A stretch of DNA of 64,000 nt, taken from the NCBI GenBank assembly GCA_033442325.1, contig JAWQFM010000001.1, positions 1,610,138 through 1,674,137 of the forward strand. The letters are read 5' to 3'. Shown in pieces: positions 44,551-58,099 of this stretch (its first letter is position 1; every line of letters begins with the position of its first letter). The position numbers were made by a program, and so were the translations under genes. The stretch is from Salpingoeca rosetta. Its lineage: Eukaryota > Protista > Choanoflagellata. The notes beneath the pieces are model-generated. The model was given only the letters and a program-made list of their open reading frames with translations. It was not told the origin of the DNA and did no database searches.

Positions 44551-47500
44551 ATGTTGACAAAGTTTGAGGCCAAGACCGCCCGTGTCAAAGGTGCGCAAGA
44601 AACAGACAGGCGCGTGCCTGCCCGTGTTTACAGCTTTAGTTGCACGGCTGCGTTGGATGCACGCACACCTGAGCAGTGTGCAACACCTTTGGGTGCCTCT
44701 GTGTCACTTGCACCCGCACGGCAGTGGTGGCTGTGATTATCATGACTTTGAGCACGCCATTGCATTCGTCTACGTGTGTGCTTGTGGCGACAGTTCCTCT
44801 CACCCTGTCACCCTGTCACCGCTCTTTGTGCGTGTGCGTGTGTGTGTGTGTTTTCGTCTGAATTAGGCGTGTCATTCCATCCCAAACGACCATGGGTCCT
44901 CGCCAGCCTGCACAGCGGTGTCATCCACCTGTATGACTACCGCATGGGCACGCTCATTGACAAATACGACGAGCACGATGGTTTGTCATCAAATTGTGGC
45001 AATGCTTGAGTCTTTGTGTGTGTGCGTATGAAATGAAGTGCGCAGCCAAGCCAAGGGGGAAGAGATGGGTCTGTGTTTGTTTGTTTGTTTGGTTGTTTGT
45101 TTGTTTGGTTGGTTGGTTGGTTGGTTGGTTTGTTGGCTGGCTGGTTGGTTGGTTGTTTGTTTGTGCGTGTGTCTATGTCTGCGTGTCTATGTCTGCGTGT
45201 CTATGTTCCTCTGCGTTTGCCCGGCAATCTCTGTGCGTGCCTCTCTTACACCCCCCCCCACTTCCGTGATTGCATATTGTTTCTGCCGACTGCGTTTGCC
45301 ATAGGTCCTGTGCGCGGCGTGGACTTCCACAGCTCACAGCCGCTTTTTGTGTCTGGTGGTGACGACTACAAGATCAAGGTTCGCGGCCCAACACACAAAC
45401 AGGCGCACGCACACACCCACAAACACACAAGCTGCTTCAGTGTGTTTGCTGTTTATTTGCTGTGTGGTCACACTTGAATTCGATCCACACCACACACCCG
45501 TCTCCCTTGAAATGGACACTGTTGTGGTAACAATCTGCCCTTCCCCTGTTTGTGCTCGCGTCTCAGGTGTGGAACTACAAGACCCGCCGGTGCCTGTTCA
45601 CCCTCAACGGCCACTTGGACTACATCCGCACAACCTACTTCCACCAGGTACATGGGATTTGCACCCGCTGCACATGCACATGCAGTCCTTTCCATGCACA
45701 TGTACCTATCTGTCAGGGCTCGCATCGTCCCGTCTCCGCCTGCCATATTCTCTCCTCCCTCTCACCACAACTGGTTTTGTGCGCTCACACGCATACACAC
45801 ATACATGCACGCATGTACGCACCCCTCCCCCCTCACACATACACTGCAGGAAACGCCGTGGATTGTGAGTGCGTCCGACGACCAGACGATTCGCATCTGG
45901 AACTGGCAGTCGCGCAACTGCGTGAGCGTGCTCACGGGCCACAACCACTACGTCATGTGCGCCAACTTCCACCCGACGCAAGACCTGCTTGTCTCTGCAT
46001 CGCTGGACCAGACGGTGCGCGTGTGGAACTTCTCTGGCCTGCGCAAGAAGGGCGTGGCCCCCGCTGGCGCCGGCCTTGGCCGCAAGGACGACGCAGACCT
46101 CTTTGGCTCGGCTGATGTCATGGTCCAGGTGTGTACACACATCCTTGGGACTGCGAGGGAGTGCGAGGGGGAGAGAGAGAGTGTGTGTGTGTGTGTGTCA
46201 GCACTGTGTGTTGGAGTTAGTATTTGCCCATTCGTTTGCACGTGCTTTTCTCACATATCATGCGATGGGCCACAATGTTTTGTGTGTGTGTGCGTGCGTG
46301 CGTGTTTGTGTGTATGTGTGCAGCACGTGCTTGAGGGCCACGACCGCGGCGTGAACTGGGCGGCCTTCCACGGCACGTCGCCGCTCGTCGTCTCCGGCGC
46401 CGACGACAGAACCGTCAAGCTCTGGCGCATGAACGGTCAGCAATAGCGCTTCTTGGCCCCCCCCCTCTCTGTGCCTTTGTTCCTTGGTGTTTTTCTTGTG
46501 CAGGATGATGAGAACGTGTGTATGCTGCCACCACCGTTGCTGTGTAGGGCTCGCCGCTCTTGCATCCTGCAGCCTTGCCTCACCTTTGCTTTGACTGGGC
46601 TTTTTGCGCCAATGCATCGCCAGATACGAAAGCGTGGGAGGTTGACACGTGCCGCGGCCACTACAACAACGTGGTCTGTGTACTCTTCCATCCTCGCCAA
46701 GACCTCGTCGTCAGGTGCGCTGCCAACAGCACAAATGCCTGCAAATGCCTGCAGCTTGCTTTTCATCACGAGGTGGCTTCTCTGCCGGCTTTGCGCTGTG
46801 CACGCGTTTTAACTTCTCAGCAATCTGCTCACACCCAACAATCTCCCCACACGCCACCCATCCGCACCACGTCTCCCCCTCCTCTCCACGTTCTTATTCA
46901 CGCGCGCGTGTGTGCAGTGCGAGCGAGGACTGCTCCATCCGGGTGTGGGACACGCAGCGCCGCGCGTCTGTGCAGACGTTCCGCCGCGAGCACGACCGCT
47001 TCTGGGTAGTTGCCGCCCACCCGGAGGTGAACCTGTTTGCTGCTGGCCACGACAGCGGGCTTGTTGTCTTCAAGCTCGAGCGCGAGCGCCCGGGTTATGC
47101 TGTGCACAACAACACGCTCTTCTACGTCAAGGACCGCTTCATTCGCACGTATGAGTTTGGCAGCTCCAAGGACGCTCCGCTCGCAAGCATCCGCCGGTTA
47201 GTACTGCGCTCTGTTGTCCGCCCGATTGGGGGGGGGGGGGGTTGAATGAGGTGCTTCTTGCGCGTGCCACGCTGATTGGCTTCAAAAGTGTGTGCATGTG
47301 TGTGCGTGTGTGTTTGTAGAGGGTGTGTGTTCTGTTTTGTTGTCTTGTGTTCTTCCTTTCAAGCTGCTGTTTGCTTCGTGTTCTCACCTGCCACACGCAC
47401 ACACACACACACACGCACACACAAACACACTTGATCATGTCCTCTCCCACCTCAATATTCATTTTTGTTGGTCCGCAGGCACGGCACGGGTGCGCCGCAG

Positions 47501-50500
47501 AATGGCATCCTGACGATGGCGTACAACCGTGCGGAGAATGCCGCCCTGCTCACGGCCGCCACCGACGGCGGTGTGTACGAGCTCTACATGCTCCCCAAGA
47601 AGGGCTCCGATGCAGACAACGCCGAGTGCAAGCGCGGCAGCGGGCGGTGCGCCGTGTGGGTTGCGCGCAACCGCTTTGCTGTGCTTGACAAGTACAACAC
47701 CATCCTGATCAAGGACCTGAAGAACGAGACGACCAAGAAGGTGACGCCGCCCGTGCAGACGGACACGCTGTTCTACGCCAGCACGGGCCGCCTGCTGCTC
47801 GGCAACGGCGAGGGCGTGACGCTGTTTGATGTTCAGCAGCGCAGGGCCCTGGCCAGCATCAGCACCAGCCGCATCAAGTATGCCGTCTGGAACAAGGACT
47901 CATCCCAGGTCGCCCTCCTGGGCAAGCACGACATCACCGTCTGCGATAAGCACCTGCGCCAGATCTGCACCATCCACGAGACAATCCGTGTCAAGGTGTG
48001 TGTCCTGTATTGTGTTTGTGTGTGAGGGTCTGCCGTGTGCCGTGTGTGTGTTTGTGTCTGTGTTTGTGAAGGCATTCGGTTGTCCCTGCAATAGCTTCGG
48101 CGCGAGTGATGTGCACACACACACATGTGTGTGTGTGTGCGGGTAGTCAGATTACACGCCACCACTCACCCGACCGCGCGGCCACACTGTCTGTGACTGT
48201 TGTGTTTTGCTCCGCCAGTCTGCCGTGTGGGAGGAGAGCGGGGTGCTGATCTACACGACGCTGAACCACCTCAAGTACGCCCTCCCCAACGGCGACTCTG
48301 GCATCATCCGCACGCTCGACACGCCCATCTACATCACGCACGTCAAGGGCGGCACCGTGTACTGCCTGGACCGCGAGGTGAAGACGGCTGCGCTCGCCAT
48401 CGACCCGACCGAGTACCAGTTCAAGCTTGCCCTCGTCAACCGCGCTTACGACCAGGTCTGCCCACCACTCGCGCTTGGAGTGGGTCGACATGCGCGTGCC
48501 TTGGTGTGTGTGTGTGTGTGTTTGCGATCATCGTGGGAGTTGCGCAACACCCGGTGTTCTGACGTGTCGGTCGCTGCGACGCGCTGCTCGTTGTTGTTCC
48601 CAGGTGCTATACATGGTGCGCAATGCCCGCCTGCCCGGCCAGTCCATCATTGCATACCTGCAGAAGAAGGGTTACCCAGAGGTGCGTCTTCTTCTAGAGC
48701 CGTGGTTGCGTTGTTTGCCCTCGTACAGCAATGCCTGCGGTGGCTGTTGAGAGGGCATCGGCTGCCCCTTGCTATTATCCTCGTCCAGTCATGTTTACTT
48801 GCTTGTCAGAGATCGCCCTTGTTCTCACCCAGTGTTCTCTCTCCTGCTCGCTTGTTCCATTTTATTTTCCACTCCTTCCCCTCCTGCAATTGTGCACGCA
48901 TTTTCAACACTTGCGCACTGGTGTCAGGTTGCACTGCACTTTGTGAAGGACAGCCGCACGCGGTTTGCGCTTGCTCTCGAGTGCGGCAACATTGAGGCCG
49001 CCAAGGAGGCCGCCAAGGAGCTTGACGACAAGAACTGCTGGGAGCAGCTTGCAGACGTTGCGCTCAAGCACGGTGACCACCAGGTCGTTGAGCTTGCGTA
49101 CCAGCGCTCCAAATCGTTTGAGAAGCTTACTTTCCTCTACCTCATCACGGGCAACCTCGAGAAACTGCGCAAGATGCTCAAGATTGCAGAGATCCGCAAG
49201 GTGTGTGTGTGGGTGTGCCTGGTGTACCTCTGTAGTTGTGTGTGTGGATGTATAGAGGTGCGCTGTGTCCTGTTCTCGGTGTGCACGCACAAAGAGCCGC
49301 TGCATTTCACTGGACTCACCACCGCACGTGTGGGGTTTTGGTGTGTTGATGGGTTGGAGCAGGATGTTGACAGCCAGTTCCAAACTGCTCTGTTGCTCGG
49401 CGACATGGAGGAGCGCATTCGTGTCCTCCAGTACGTTCCCGTAGCTACTTGTGTGTGTGTGTGTGGCTGGGGGTGTGTGTGGGTGTGTGGGTGGGTGTGT
49501 TTGTGTGTGTGTGGGTGTCTTTTGTTGTCTTTCATTTGGTGTTTCATGCGATTCCCCCCTGCCCTCCCGACATGCTAGCTTTGCATGTTTGCACTGGTTT
49601 GGTTTGCGTTGTGTGCTTATATGGCCATTCCGCTTCACCTTGTTATCACAGGAGCGTTGGCCAGGGCCCGCTTGCATACCTGACTGCGGCGACGCACGGC
49701 TATGATGACAAGGCAACCGAGATTGCGCAGACGCTGGGAATGGAGGAGGACCAGCTTCCCCCCGTGCACCCGGACAGCAAGGCGCTGCTTCCGCCTGAGC
49801 CCGTCTGCGAGAACCAAACAAACTGGCCGCTCCTCACCATCTCAAAGGTGCGTGGACGTATGTGTCTGTGTCTGTGTCTGTGTCTGTGTCTGTGTCTGTG
49901 TGTGTTCTTGGGCGCTTCTTGCGTTTTGGCCAGAGCTCACGTGCTCCCCCCCCCCAAACTCCTTTCTTATTGTCTCTTCTCCCCTTCCCTTCCACTGACA
50001 ACCCGTCCTCGTCACACGTTCCCCCCCCCAAACGCTGGTACAAAACGATCAGGGCTTCTTCGACTCGATGAAGACGCAGCAGCCTGCCGCGCTTGCTGTT
50101 GCAGACGACATTGATGCCATGGATGATGCCGAGGGCTGGGGTGACGAGGAGGACGAGGAGCTTGGCGAGGAAGCAGGTGCGCACCTGCGCATTCAGCGGC
50201 TGCTTTGCGTCATGGCATTGCTCTGCTTGTGGTGCTGGTGCGTATGCACCTTGGCCCTGCTGCGGTGCTCACTGGACCATTCGTGCTGCTCACGCTTTGC
50301 CCGCTGTCTGCTTGGTTTGTTGGCTCTCCCTTCTCCTGCGCGTGCCCAGGCCTTGGTGGCGAAGAGGAAGAGGAGGAAGGCGAGGGCTGGGGCGACGAAG
50401 ACGACCTTGATCTCGATATTGAGCTTGAAGAGCCCGAGGGTGAGGAGGAGGCTGGCGGCGACATCTTTGTTGCGCCCAGCGCCGGCACCCCGCAGTCCCA

Positions 50501-51074
50501 GATGTGGGTGAACAACTCGTCCCTCATTGCCGACCACGTCGCTGCTGGCTCCTTCGACACCGCCATGAACGTACGAATACCGTTTTATTGTGCAGGCGTG
50601 TGCGAAGGGGGGTTATGTGTGCACAAGTCGTGCATTTGTGTGTGTGTGTGTGTGTGCATGTGTGTGAGGGAGTGCGTGAGTGAGATTACTCTTGAACCCA
50701 GGTGTGGTTGCTTGTTGCTTGAGCTCACCACCATCACCTGTGTGTGTGTGTGTGCAGATTATGAAGCAGCAGCTTGGCATTGTCAACTTTGCGCCCTACA
50801 AGGACCTGTTCATCTCCCAATATGCTCGCTCCCGGGCCGTTGTTGAGGCAACAAACTCCACCCCTCCCCTCTTTTTCTACATGCACCGCAACTGGCAGGA
50901 TGCCGGCGCTCGCAGTACGTTTGTTGCCCTGTGTGCATGTGTGCGTGTGTGTGTGCGTGCGTATGCATGTGAATGTCTGTGCGTGCGCTCTGTAAGTTGG
51001 GGGGGGGGTTTCCCCTTCATTTCTGTGGACTCGCTTCCGCCCTCCTTCTCTGTCGCTCCCTCGACACACCACGC

Positions 51075-51154
<80 letters not shown>

Positions 51155-52419
51155 GCACGCACACGCACAGACGGCCTGCCTGCGGTTGGCCTCAAGTTTG
51201 GCTCCCTCGCCGAGAGCCTCCAGGTGCGCATGCATGAATGAATGGATGAATGAATGCCGCTTTGGGCAGCTTTGTCGTTGTTGCCGTCTTTTGTCGTGTG
51301 CTGTGGGCTTCGGGTTCCCTCACCTCCCTATGCGTACTCACCCCACCCCCTTCCCCCTTGCTTGCTTGCGTCTGTCTTGCCTCAGAACGCGTACGCGTCA
51401 ACAACCAAGGGCAAGTTTGCGGATGCGCTTGGGCAGATGCGGTCGATCCTGCGCTGCCTGCCCATGCTCGTCGTGTCGAGTCGCTCCGAGCTGCAGGAGG
51501 TACAGCAGCTCGCCAAGATTTGCCGCGAGTACGTTGTGGGCCTCTCCCTTGAGATTAGGCGGCGTGAGATTGCAAAGGACCCCTCCCAGGCCGCACGCGC
51601 GGCGGAGCTTGCCGCCTACTTCACCCACTGCGACCTGCAGCCCTTCCACATGATTCTTGTGCTGAAGACTGCGCAGACGCTCTTCTACAAGCTGAAGAAC
51701 TTCAAGACGTGCGCATCCTTTGCCCGCCGCCTCCTCGAGCTCGGCCCGAAGGTCGACCTCGCCACAAAGGTGCGTGCCTCTGTGTGTGTGTGTGTGGGTG
51801 GGTGTGGGTGTCTGGGTGTGTGATTGTCTTGAAAGCTGCCCGCGGTTTTCGTCGTTGGATTTCGAGCATGTCGCGTTTTGTTCCCCTTGTGCTGGTGCTC
51901 ACGCTGTGTGTTTGGGTGTGCATTATTGTTTCACCTTTTGCTCGCTCCTGTTACGCAGACGAAGAAGATTCTGCAGGCGTGCGAGAAGAACATGGTGGAC
52001 GCCGTTGAGATTGACTACGACATGCACAACCCCTTCACCATCTCCCTCAAGTCCATGAAGCCCATCTACAAGGGCAAGCCTCAGGTGCGTGTTTCGAAAA
52101 TACGTTGTGGGGCCCGTGTGTTTGCTTCTTGTCGGTGATGTGTGATGCAACAGTGTGTCTTTCACGCGTTGCGATTGTGCTTTGCTCTTTGAGGCGGGCA
52201 ACAATATTGATTTGCATTTATCGCACCCTTCCCTCGCACGCTCGGGAACTCGAATGCACGCTCACCCTCGCGTCTCCCCTTCCGCTCCCCCTTGCGCAGG
52301 TGACGTGCCCGTTCTGCTCTGCGGTGTACGAGCCCGAGTGCGAGGGCGAGACCTGCCTTGCCTGCGAGGTTGCCGAGATTGGCCGCTCCGCTGTCGGCCT
52401 CTCAAGCCTCCGGCCGTGA
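44551..52419 (+). CDS. COPA: Coatomer subunit alpha (alpha-COP), multi-exon
   Basis: [33 protein letters not shown]40 repeats, [52 protein letters not shown]-terminal CPFC...CLAC. Confidence 0.99.
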
Positions 52420-52865
52420 TTGTGTGTGCGTCCGTGCACCGCCACCGCCAGTAGCACCAGCAGCGTTGGCCATGCACCGCGTGTGCTTCTTTCTCTCCCC
52501 ACTCCCCCGTTAATGTCTTGTGTGCTTCCTTCTGCCTTCGAGCCATGCACCTTTAACATTCTTGGTGTCTGCGCTTGGATGCATGTTGCTGAGACACTGA
52601 TTGTCGTCAGCCTTACACATCAGTTTCCACTTCCACAGCCGCCATCTGACGTCTTTTGTTTGTGTGTTTAGTCGTTGTTGTTCGCGCTGAGGTGTCTGTG
52701 TCTGTGTTTGTGTCTGCGTTGTATGTTTGCTGTGTGTTTCAGCCATACACGCGCAATGTGATGAGACGCCAGCGAGGGCAGCAGCCAGCAATCAAGTGAC
52801 GTTACAGCGTTTACTGTCATCGTGATATGCTTGTATCTATCTACAGTTGAGCTTGTAGGGTCTCG

Positions 52866-52949
<84 letters not shown>

Positions 52950-52955
52950 ACAAGT

Positions 52956-54359
52956 CTATGCCTCGAGCGGTGGTGGCTTGTCGGGATCATTGTCAAACAC
53001 CTGGTGCACCCTGGCGTGAATGTGGTCGAGTTGCTCCCACGTCGCCTCCTTGCCGTAGCACTGGGGAAGGTCTGTGGGGCACGTTGGGCAGTAAGGCCAG
53101 GGCTTGTGGCACGGCACACCGCGCAGCTTGCACTTCACCTCGCCCCACTTCTCGGCCAAGTATGCGCGTGACGCCTCCTTCATGCGCTTGCGCCATTGCT
53201 GCTCCTTCTCGGACATGGCTCCCTCGCGCCACTGGTTGCGCTTGGACTTGTCCTTTGCCTCCTCGTCCAGCTTCGCCTTGACCCGGTCGTACGAGTCCGT
53301 GTCCAGGATGCCAATCACCCGCTTCATGTCGTACGAGTAGTGAATCTTGCACGCGCGCGCGTCGTAGCCCGCATCGCGGATGCGCCCATACGCATCGCAC
53401 TCCGAGCCGTACTGGAACACGTGTGGGTCCCATGGCACCTGGACTAGCGTCTGCGTGCGGTAGGCGGCCAGGTGGTCGTAGGCGAAGAGGATCATGCCCC
53501 AGTTGGGGAACCGCGCCATCTGCTCGCGCAGGCAGTCGATGGCGTCCTTGCCCATGTCGCGGCCAGGCTCCAGCGGCAGCACGTAGTTGTCTGCGTGGGC
53601 CCAGAAGTAGAATTCGAGCCGGCGCTCGAGTGCCAGCGTGGCCATGTAGTTGTGCAGCTCTGGGAAGTTTAGCTGGCGGTCTGGCACGACCACCTCTGCC
53701 ACCCGCTCCACAAGCCACACGCTGTTCGAGGCATCCCTGTCCTTGGAGTTGTCGACGATGATCATGCTGGGCACCATGATGTCGCTGGCACGCTGGAACC
53801 CTTCTACCGCCTGCTTCAGGATGGGGAAGTTGTGCTGGAACAAGATGATGAGGCGCCACTTGTCCTGCCTGCGCCGCTTCCACGGGTCGGCCTCTGCAGT
53901 GTCTGGCATACCCATCGCATTCTTCATGTGCTCCCTGGGCACGAATCCATCTTCGCCCCCCTCCACCTCGAACTTCATGCCTTTCTCCTTCTCGTCCACG
54001 CCTTTGTCCTCTTGCCGCGTCGGTGTCTTTGGACTCCGTGTGCTGGCCAGATCGTGCTCCGCCTGCTGCTGGTGCTGCTGGTGTTGTGAGACTGCGGCGG
54101 CGCCATCGTTGCTGTGTCTGTTGGCTCCGTCGTCGCTGCGCCGCGTCGCGTCAAGCAGCTGTTGCTGTTCTGCCAGCTCCTCTGCAACTGCGCGTGGTCG
54201 TCCCAGCTGTGCGAGCCACGGCGGCATGTCTGCGCCGCCAACCGGTACGCTTGGGTCACCGGATGTGGCGCTGTACATGTACGTGGCCGTGTACACCACA
54301 GCCAGCACGATGATGTACACAAACCGGGCCTCCAGCGATCTTCCTCGTACCCTCAACAT
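52956..54359 (-). CDS. jumble: Jumble: single-exon type II membrane glycosyltransferase-like protein (467 aa)
   Basis: Intronless; ATG at 54359 gives 467 aa; N-terminal TM; GT-A-like IIVDNS, FWAHAD, YGSECD. Residue 305 is Leu (CTA, 53445-53447). Length, single exon and L305 match my recollection of S. rosetta jumble (Wetzel et al. 2018, L305P mutant). Confidence 0.9.
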   Translation of the reverse strand: MLRVRGRSLEARFVYIIVLAVVYTATYMYSATSGDPSVPVGGADMPPWLAQLGRPRAVAEELAEQQQLLDATRRSDDGANRHSNDGAAAVSQHQQHQQQAEHDLASTRSPKTPTRQEDKGVDEKEKGMKFEVEGGEDGFVPREHMKNAMGMPDTAEADPWKRRRQDKWRLIILFQHNFPILKQAVEGFQRASDIMVPSMIIVDNSKDRDASNSVWLVERVAEVVVPDRQLNFPELHNYMATLALERRLEFYFWAHADNYVLPLEPGRDMGKDAIDCLREQMARFPNWGMILFAYDHLAAYRTQTLVQVPWDPHVFQYGSECDAYGRIRDAGYDARACKIHYSYDMKRVIGILDTDSYDRVKAKLDEEAKDKSKRNQWREGAMSEKEQQWRKRMKEASRAYLAEKWGEVKCKLRGVPCHKPWPYCPTCPTDLPQCYGKEATWEQLDHIHARVHQVFDNDPDKPPPLEA

Positions 54360-54983
54360 CGCTGCGTATGCGAGCACACGGAAAAGATGTGCGGTCAAAG
54401 GTGGTCTCTTTTTCACTTATTGTGCCAGTGCGTGTTCGTATCGACGTTGCTGTGCGTGTATGGTGTTGTTGTGTGTTCGCGCCTCTTGTTCGCAGGTTGA
54501 GGCAACTGTGTAGAAAATTTGCCAAAGGGCAATGTGTGCTTGTGTGTGCTTGTGTGTGTGTGAGAGAGAGTGTGTGTGTGTGAGTGTGTGTGTTTGTGTG
54601 TGTGTGCGCGCGTGTGCGTGTGTGTGTGTGTGCGTGTGTGTGTGTGCGTGTGTGACATCACATCACTGTCACAAAGCAGATCTTGCTTCGTGATGCCTCG
54701 ACTCCACTCAAGCCATATTCCTTTAGTGTAAACAACAGCAACAGCCAGCGAGAGAGCACAAAAGGAGAAAAGAGACAAGCAAGCAAGGAAACAAAGAAGG
54801 GAGGAAGCAAGATAGGGAGCGGGAGAGAGGAACGAAACGGGGAGAAAGTTAAGCAAAAAGCCACCATTGTTACACACGACAAACCGCTCACAAGCGACAC
54901 TAACTCACTCACGCATACTCACACACGCATACTTACAGACACGCACACGCACAGACACACACGGAACGTGGGCTAGCACAGCC

Positions 54984-56055
54984 TCATTCTGAGGGCTTGG
55001 TGGCGTCCTCCTTGTCTGTGGCCATCTTCGCCTTTTCCTCTTGCTCTGCCTTTGTGGGCTTGATGTCGTCCAGGGTCGGTGGCGCGGCTTCATCATGCTT
55101 CTCATCCGTCTCCATGCCAACATCCTTCCGCACCTGCACCACACTGACATCATCAACATCAACCTTGGATGGTGGTACATACACGCCCAGGCCTCCAGCT
55201 GCATCGGCCTCCTTCTGTGTGTAGGGTGTCTCAGACAGCTGCTTCAACCTGTTCAAGGGCGAGGGCGGAGGGAGGGAAGGGGCGTGCACGGGTGCATGTG
55301 CATGCGTGCGTGTGTGAGTGTGCTAACAGGGAGGAGAAGTGCCATCCAATGAAAAGCGAAGGTGCACAAGTAGGGCGCCAGCAAGCAAGCACGTGTCTGC
55401 GTGTGAGTGCACGTGTGCGTCTACATGTGTGCATGTGTGTGCAACACAGGTTGCTTGTGTAGACTTACCGGCGCTTGTGAACCTTACTCCTGCGATGCGC
55501 CTCCAGCGTAAACTCATCCACGAAATGTCTCCTACACGCAAACAGACAGCAACAATGTGAACACGTTCATCAGGAAGCAGGAACGGAAGCAGTAGACACA
55601 AAGGAAGGCAGCCAAGAAGAAACAAGAGAGGGAACAGGAGGAAGAGCACAGGGAAGGGCAGAAAGGGAAGAACACAGGGAAGGGCAGAAAGGGAACAGAG
55701 GGAAGGAAGGATTACACAGCAGCACCACACAGCAACCAAAGACAGACAGACGGACGGACGGACACCCACCCACACAGCAATCATACACAGACAGACAGAC
55801 AGACACGCACGCACGCACGCACACGCACACACGCACATGCACGCAAAAGGGGGCTTACGCGCAATGGACGCAGTAGAACTGGCCCATGCCGGGGAGATCG
55901 TAATCGACGACCTGTGTTGCGAGCTTGTTGAGCACCTTCGGCTTGAGATCGTCGTGAATCTGATCCACATCGCGCGTCTTGCGGCGCGTGCGCATGGCCT
56001 TTTGAAAGAACTTGTTGTTCTTGTGCATGCGCTTCCGTCGCTGAGGGTTACCCAT
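54984..56055 (-). CDS. ZNF593: Zinc finger protein BUD20/ZNF593 (60S biogenesis), 3 exons
   Basis: RTRRKTRDVDQIHDDL, DYDLPGMGQFYCVHCARHF, HRRSKVHKRRLKQL, PYTQKEADAAGG. Confidence 0.95.
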
Positions 56056-56203
56056 GGCGTCTGTTTGGAGAGAGTGGGGAAGGAGTAGTGCGGGGGGAGG
56101 GGGGAAGCTTGTTGTCGGTGTGCACGCGGCGTGGGTGGCAGAGCGACAGCATGAAATGCATTATTCACAGCGAGCGCAAACAACAAGAGACAAGAAGGAG
56201 ATT

Positions 56204-56483
56204 ATGAGCAGTGCTGCGGAGCGGGTGGTGGTGGAGGATGGAGCGGTGGTGTTGGCCACGGTGGTGCGTGGTGTGAAGAACATGGGCGAGGTGCTGAAGG
56301 GCGTCCGCAGCGGCGCGTTGCAGGCATGCTTTATCAAGGCCAGCATGGTCCCCGACTTGTTCGTGGCCGCCGTTGCAGCCAGGCATGCGCTGGAAGCACA
56401 AAAGGCTGAGAACATGACAACCCGCAACGTCAACACAGAAATCCTCTACTCCCTCTACCCCGGCAGACAGGTGAGAACGTGGT

Positions 56484-56520
<37 letters not shown>

Positions 56521-57374
56521 CGAGGGGGGGGGGAAAGAGTTCATTGTGTAGGGAGTGGTATTTGTTGTGTCAATTGTGTATGCTGTTGTGTTTGTGTATG
56601 CTGTTGTGTGTATGTACATGCCGCTGCTGTTGTTTGGATGACACGAAACCGTGTGCTGACACTCGTGCTGAATGGTGTGCGTATCTATTCACGTGTTGGC
56701 TCATGCGTGCAGATCACAACTGCGTTTGCGACCTTGGGTCCAGCAGAGACAGACACAGACGTGCTAGTCATGGTACTGGCCACCAGTGACAAGGACGACT
56801 CCCAGGTGCGCGAGCGTCCGTGGTGTCATGTGGTGTGGTGGTGGTGTGGGTTTGTTTGGCTTGTTGCCGGTGGACTTTGCCGGTGGCCTTTGTCGGTGGA
56901 CTGCCCCGGTTCATCTCGATACACTTTGACTACACGCTTCACACTCACACGCTCACCCCAACATATCCACACGCTCATCCGCATGCACATATGAACAGCT
57001 AAGCCAAGTACTGGATGCTATTGATGGCACCGTTGCACCAGTGTCTGAGTTGCATGAGCTGTATGATGCTGCAGCCATCGCAAAGGTGTGCGTGTGTGTG
57101 TGTGTGCGCGCATGTGTGTGTGCGTGTGCCTTTGCTTGTGCAAGGATTTGAATGAGTCTGCATGTTCCTCTGTTCACGCCCATGACAGGATGTATGTCGC
57201 ATGCCTCACGATGCACACGCTACAAGATGTATGTCGCATGCCTCACGATGCACACGCTCCCCCCCCTCTGCAATACACCACCAGCTGTATGGCATCAAAT
57301 GCGAAGGAAGGCCCGTGGACGACATTGTCAACGACGTTGTGACTAAGATGGCCCTGAAAGGACTGCGGAAATGA
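56204..57374 (+). CDS. TPRKB: KEOPS complex subunit CGI-121/TPRKB, 4 exons
   Basis: MTTRNVNTEILYSLYPGRQITTAFATLG, AIAKLYGI, VVTKMALK; about 180 aa. Confidence 0.9.
57189..57258. repeat. 33-bp direct repeat (37-bp period) in a TPRKB intron
   Basis: gatgtatgtcgcatgcctcacgatgcacacgct at 57189-57221 and 57226-57258. Confidence 0.9.
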
Positions 57375-58099
57375 CGACAAGCACTGCAACTGACATGGCC
57401 ACACACACACACACACACAGACACACACACTTGAGTTGCTGCTAGTTGACTGGTCGCAGTTGACTGTTTGGCTGTACATATGGTTCATCCATGCACCCAC
57501 TAGGCTGCATCAACTCAGGGAGAGGGAGAGCAGGGCGTGTTGTATCCAAACACATCTGGCCGCCGTGGCTCGGGAGGGAGAGGTCAGGATGAAGTGAGCA
57601 TTCTTTGCGACGTGAATAAAGTAACTGCACCGCAACAACACGGCAACGGCTGAGTGTCATTGATGGCCACAACAGGGTTGGGAGAGGAGCCGGAGGTGAT
57701 GCCATGTCACGTCACGCAGCGTCGCATCACTATGGGCAGTTGCACGTTGCTGCTACTTCAATAACTCAGCAGCACAGTACAGAGAAGCGTTTTACTTCGA
57801 GTGTGCGACCTAGCGCACAACAACAGCGGACACAGGCAGATGCGAAGGCGAGGGGAGGGGGGCAGGATGTCAAAGAGAAAGCACATTGTTGTCATGAAAC
57901 CCGCAAGGTCATAACCATGCACACAAAAAACTACACACAACAGTTGGTTCTATTATCACCACAAGTATGCAGGCAGGCAGGCAGACAGACGAGCAGATGT
58001 GCACACAAGGGTGCTACTCTCGTCGTGCGGGGTGCATTTTGAACGCAAACACACACACACACACAAATACACACACACACACACACACACGCACGCGCA

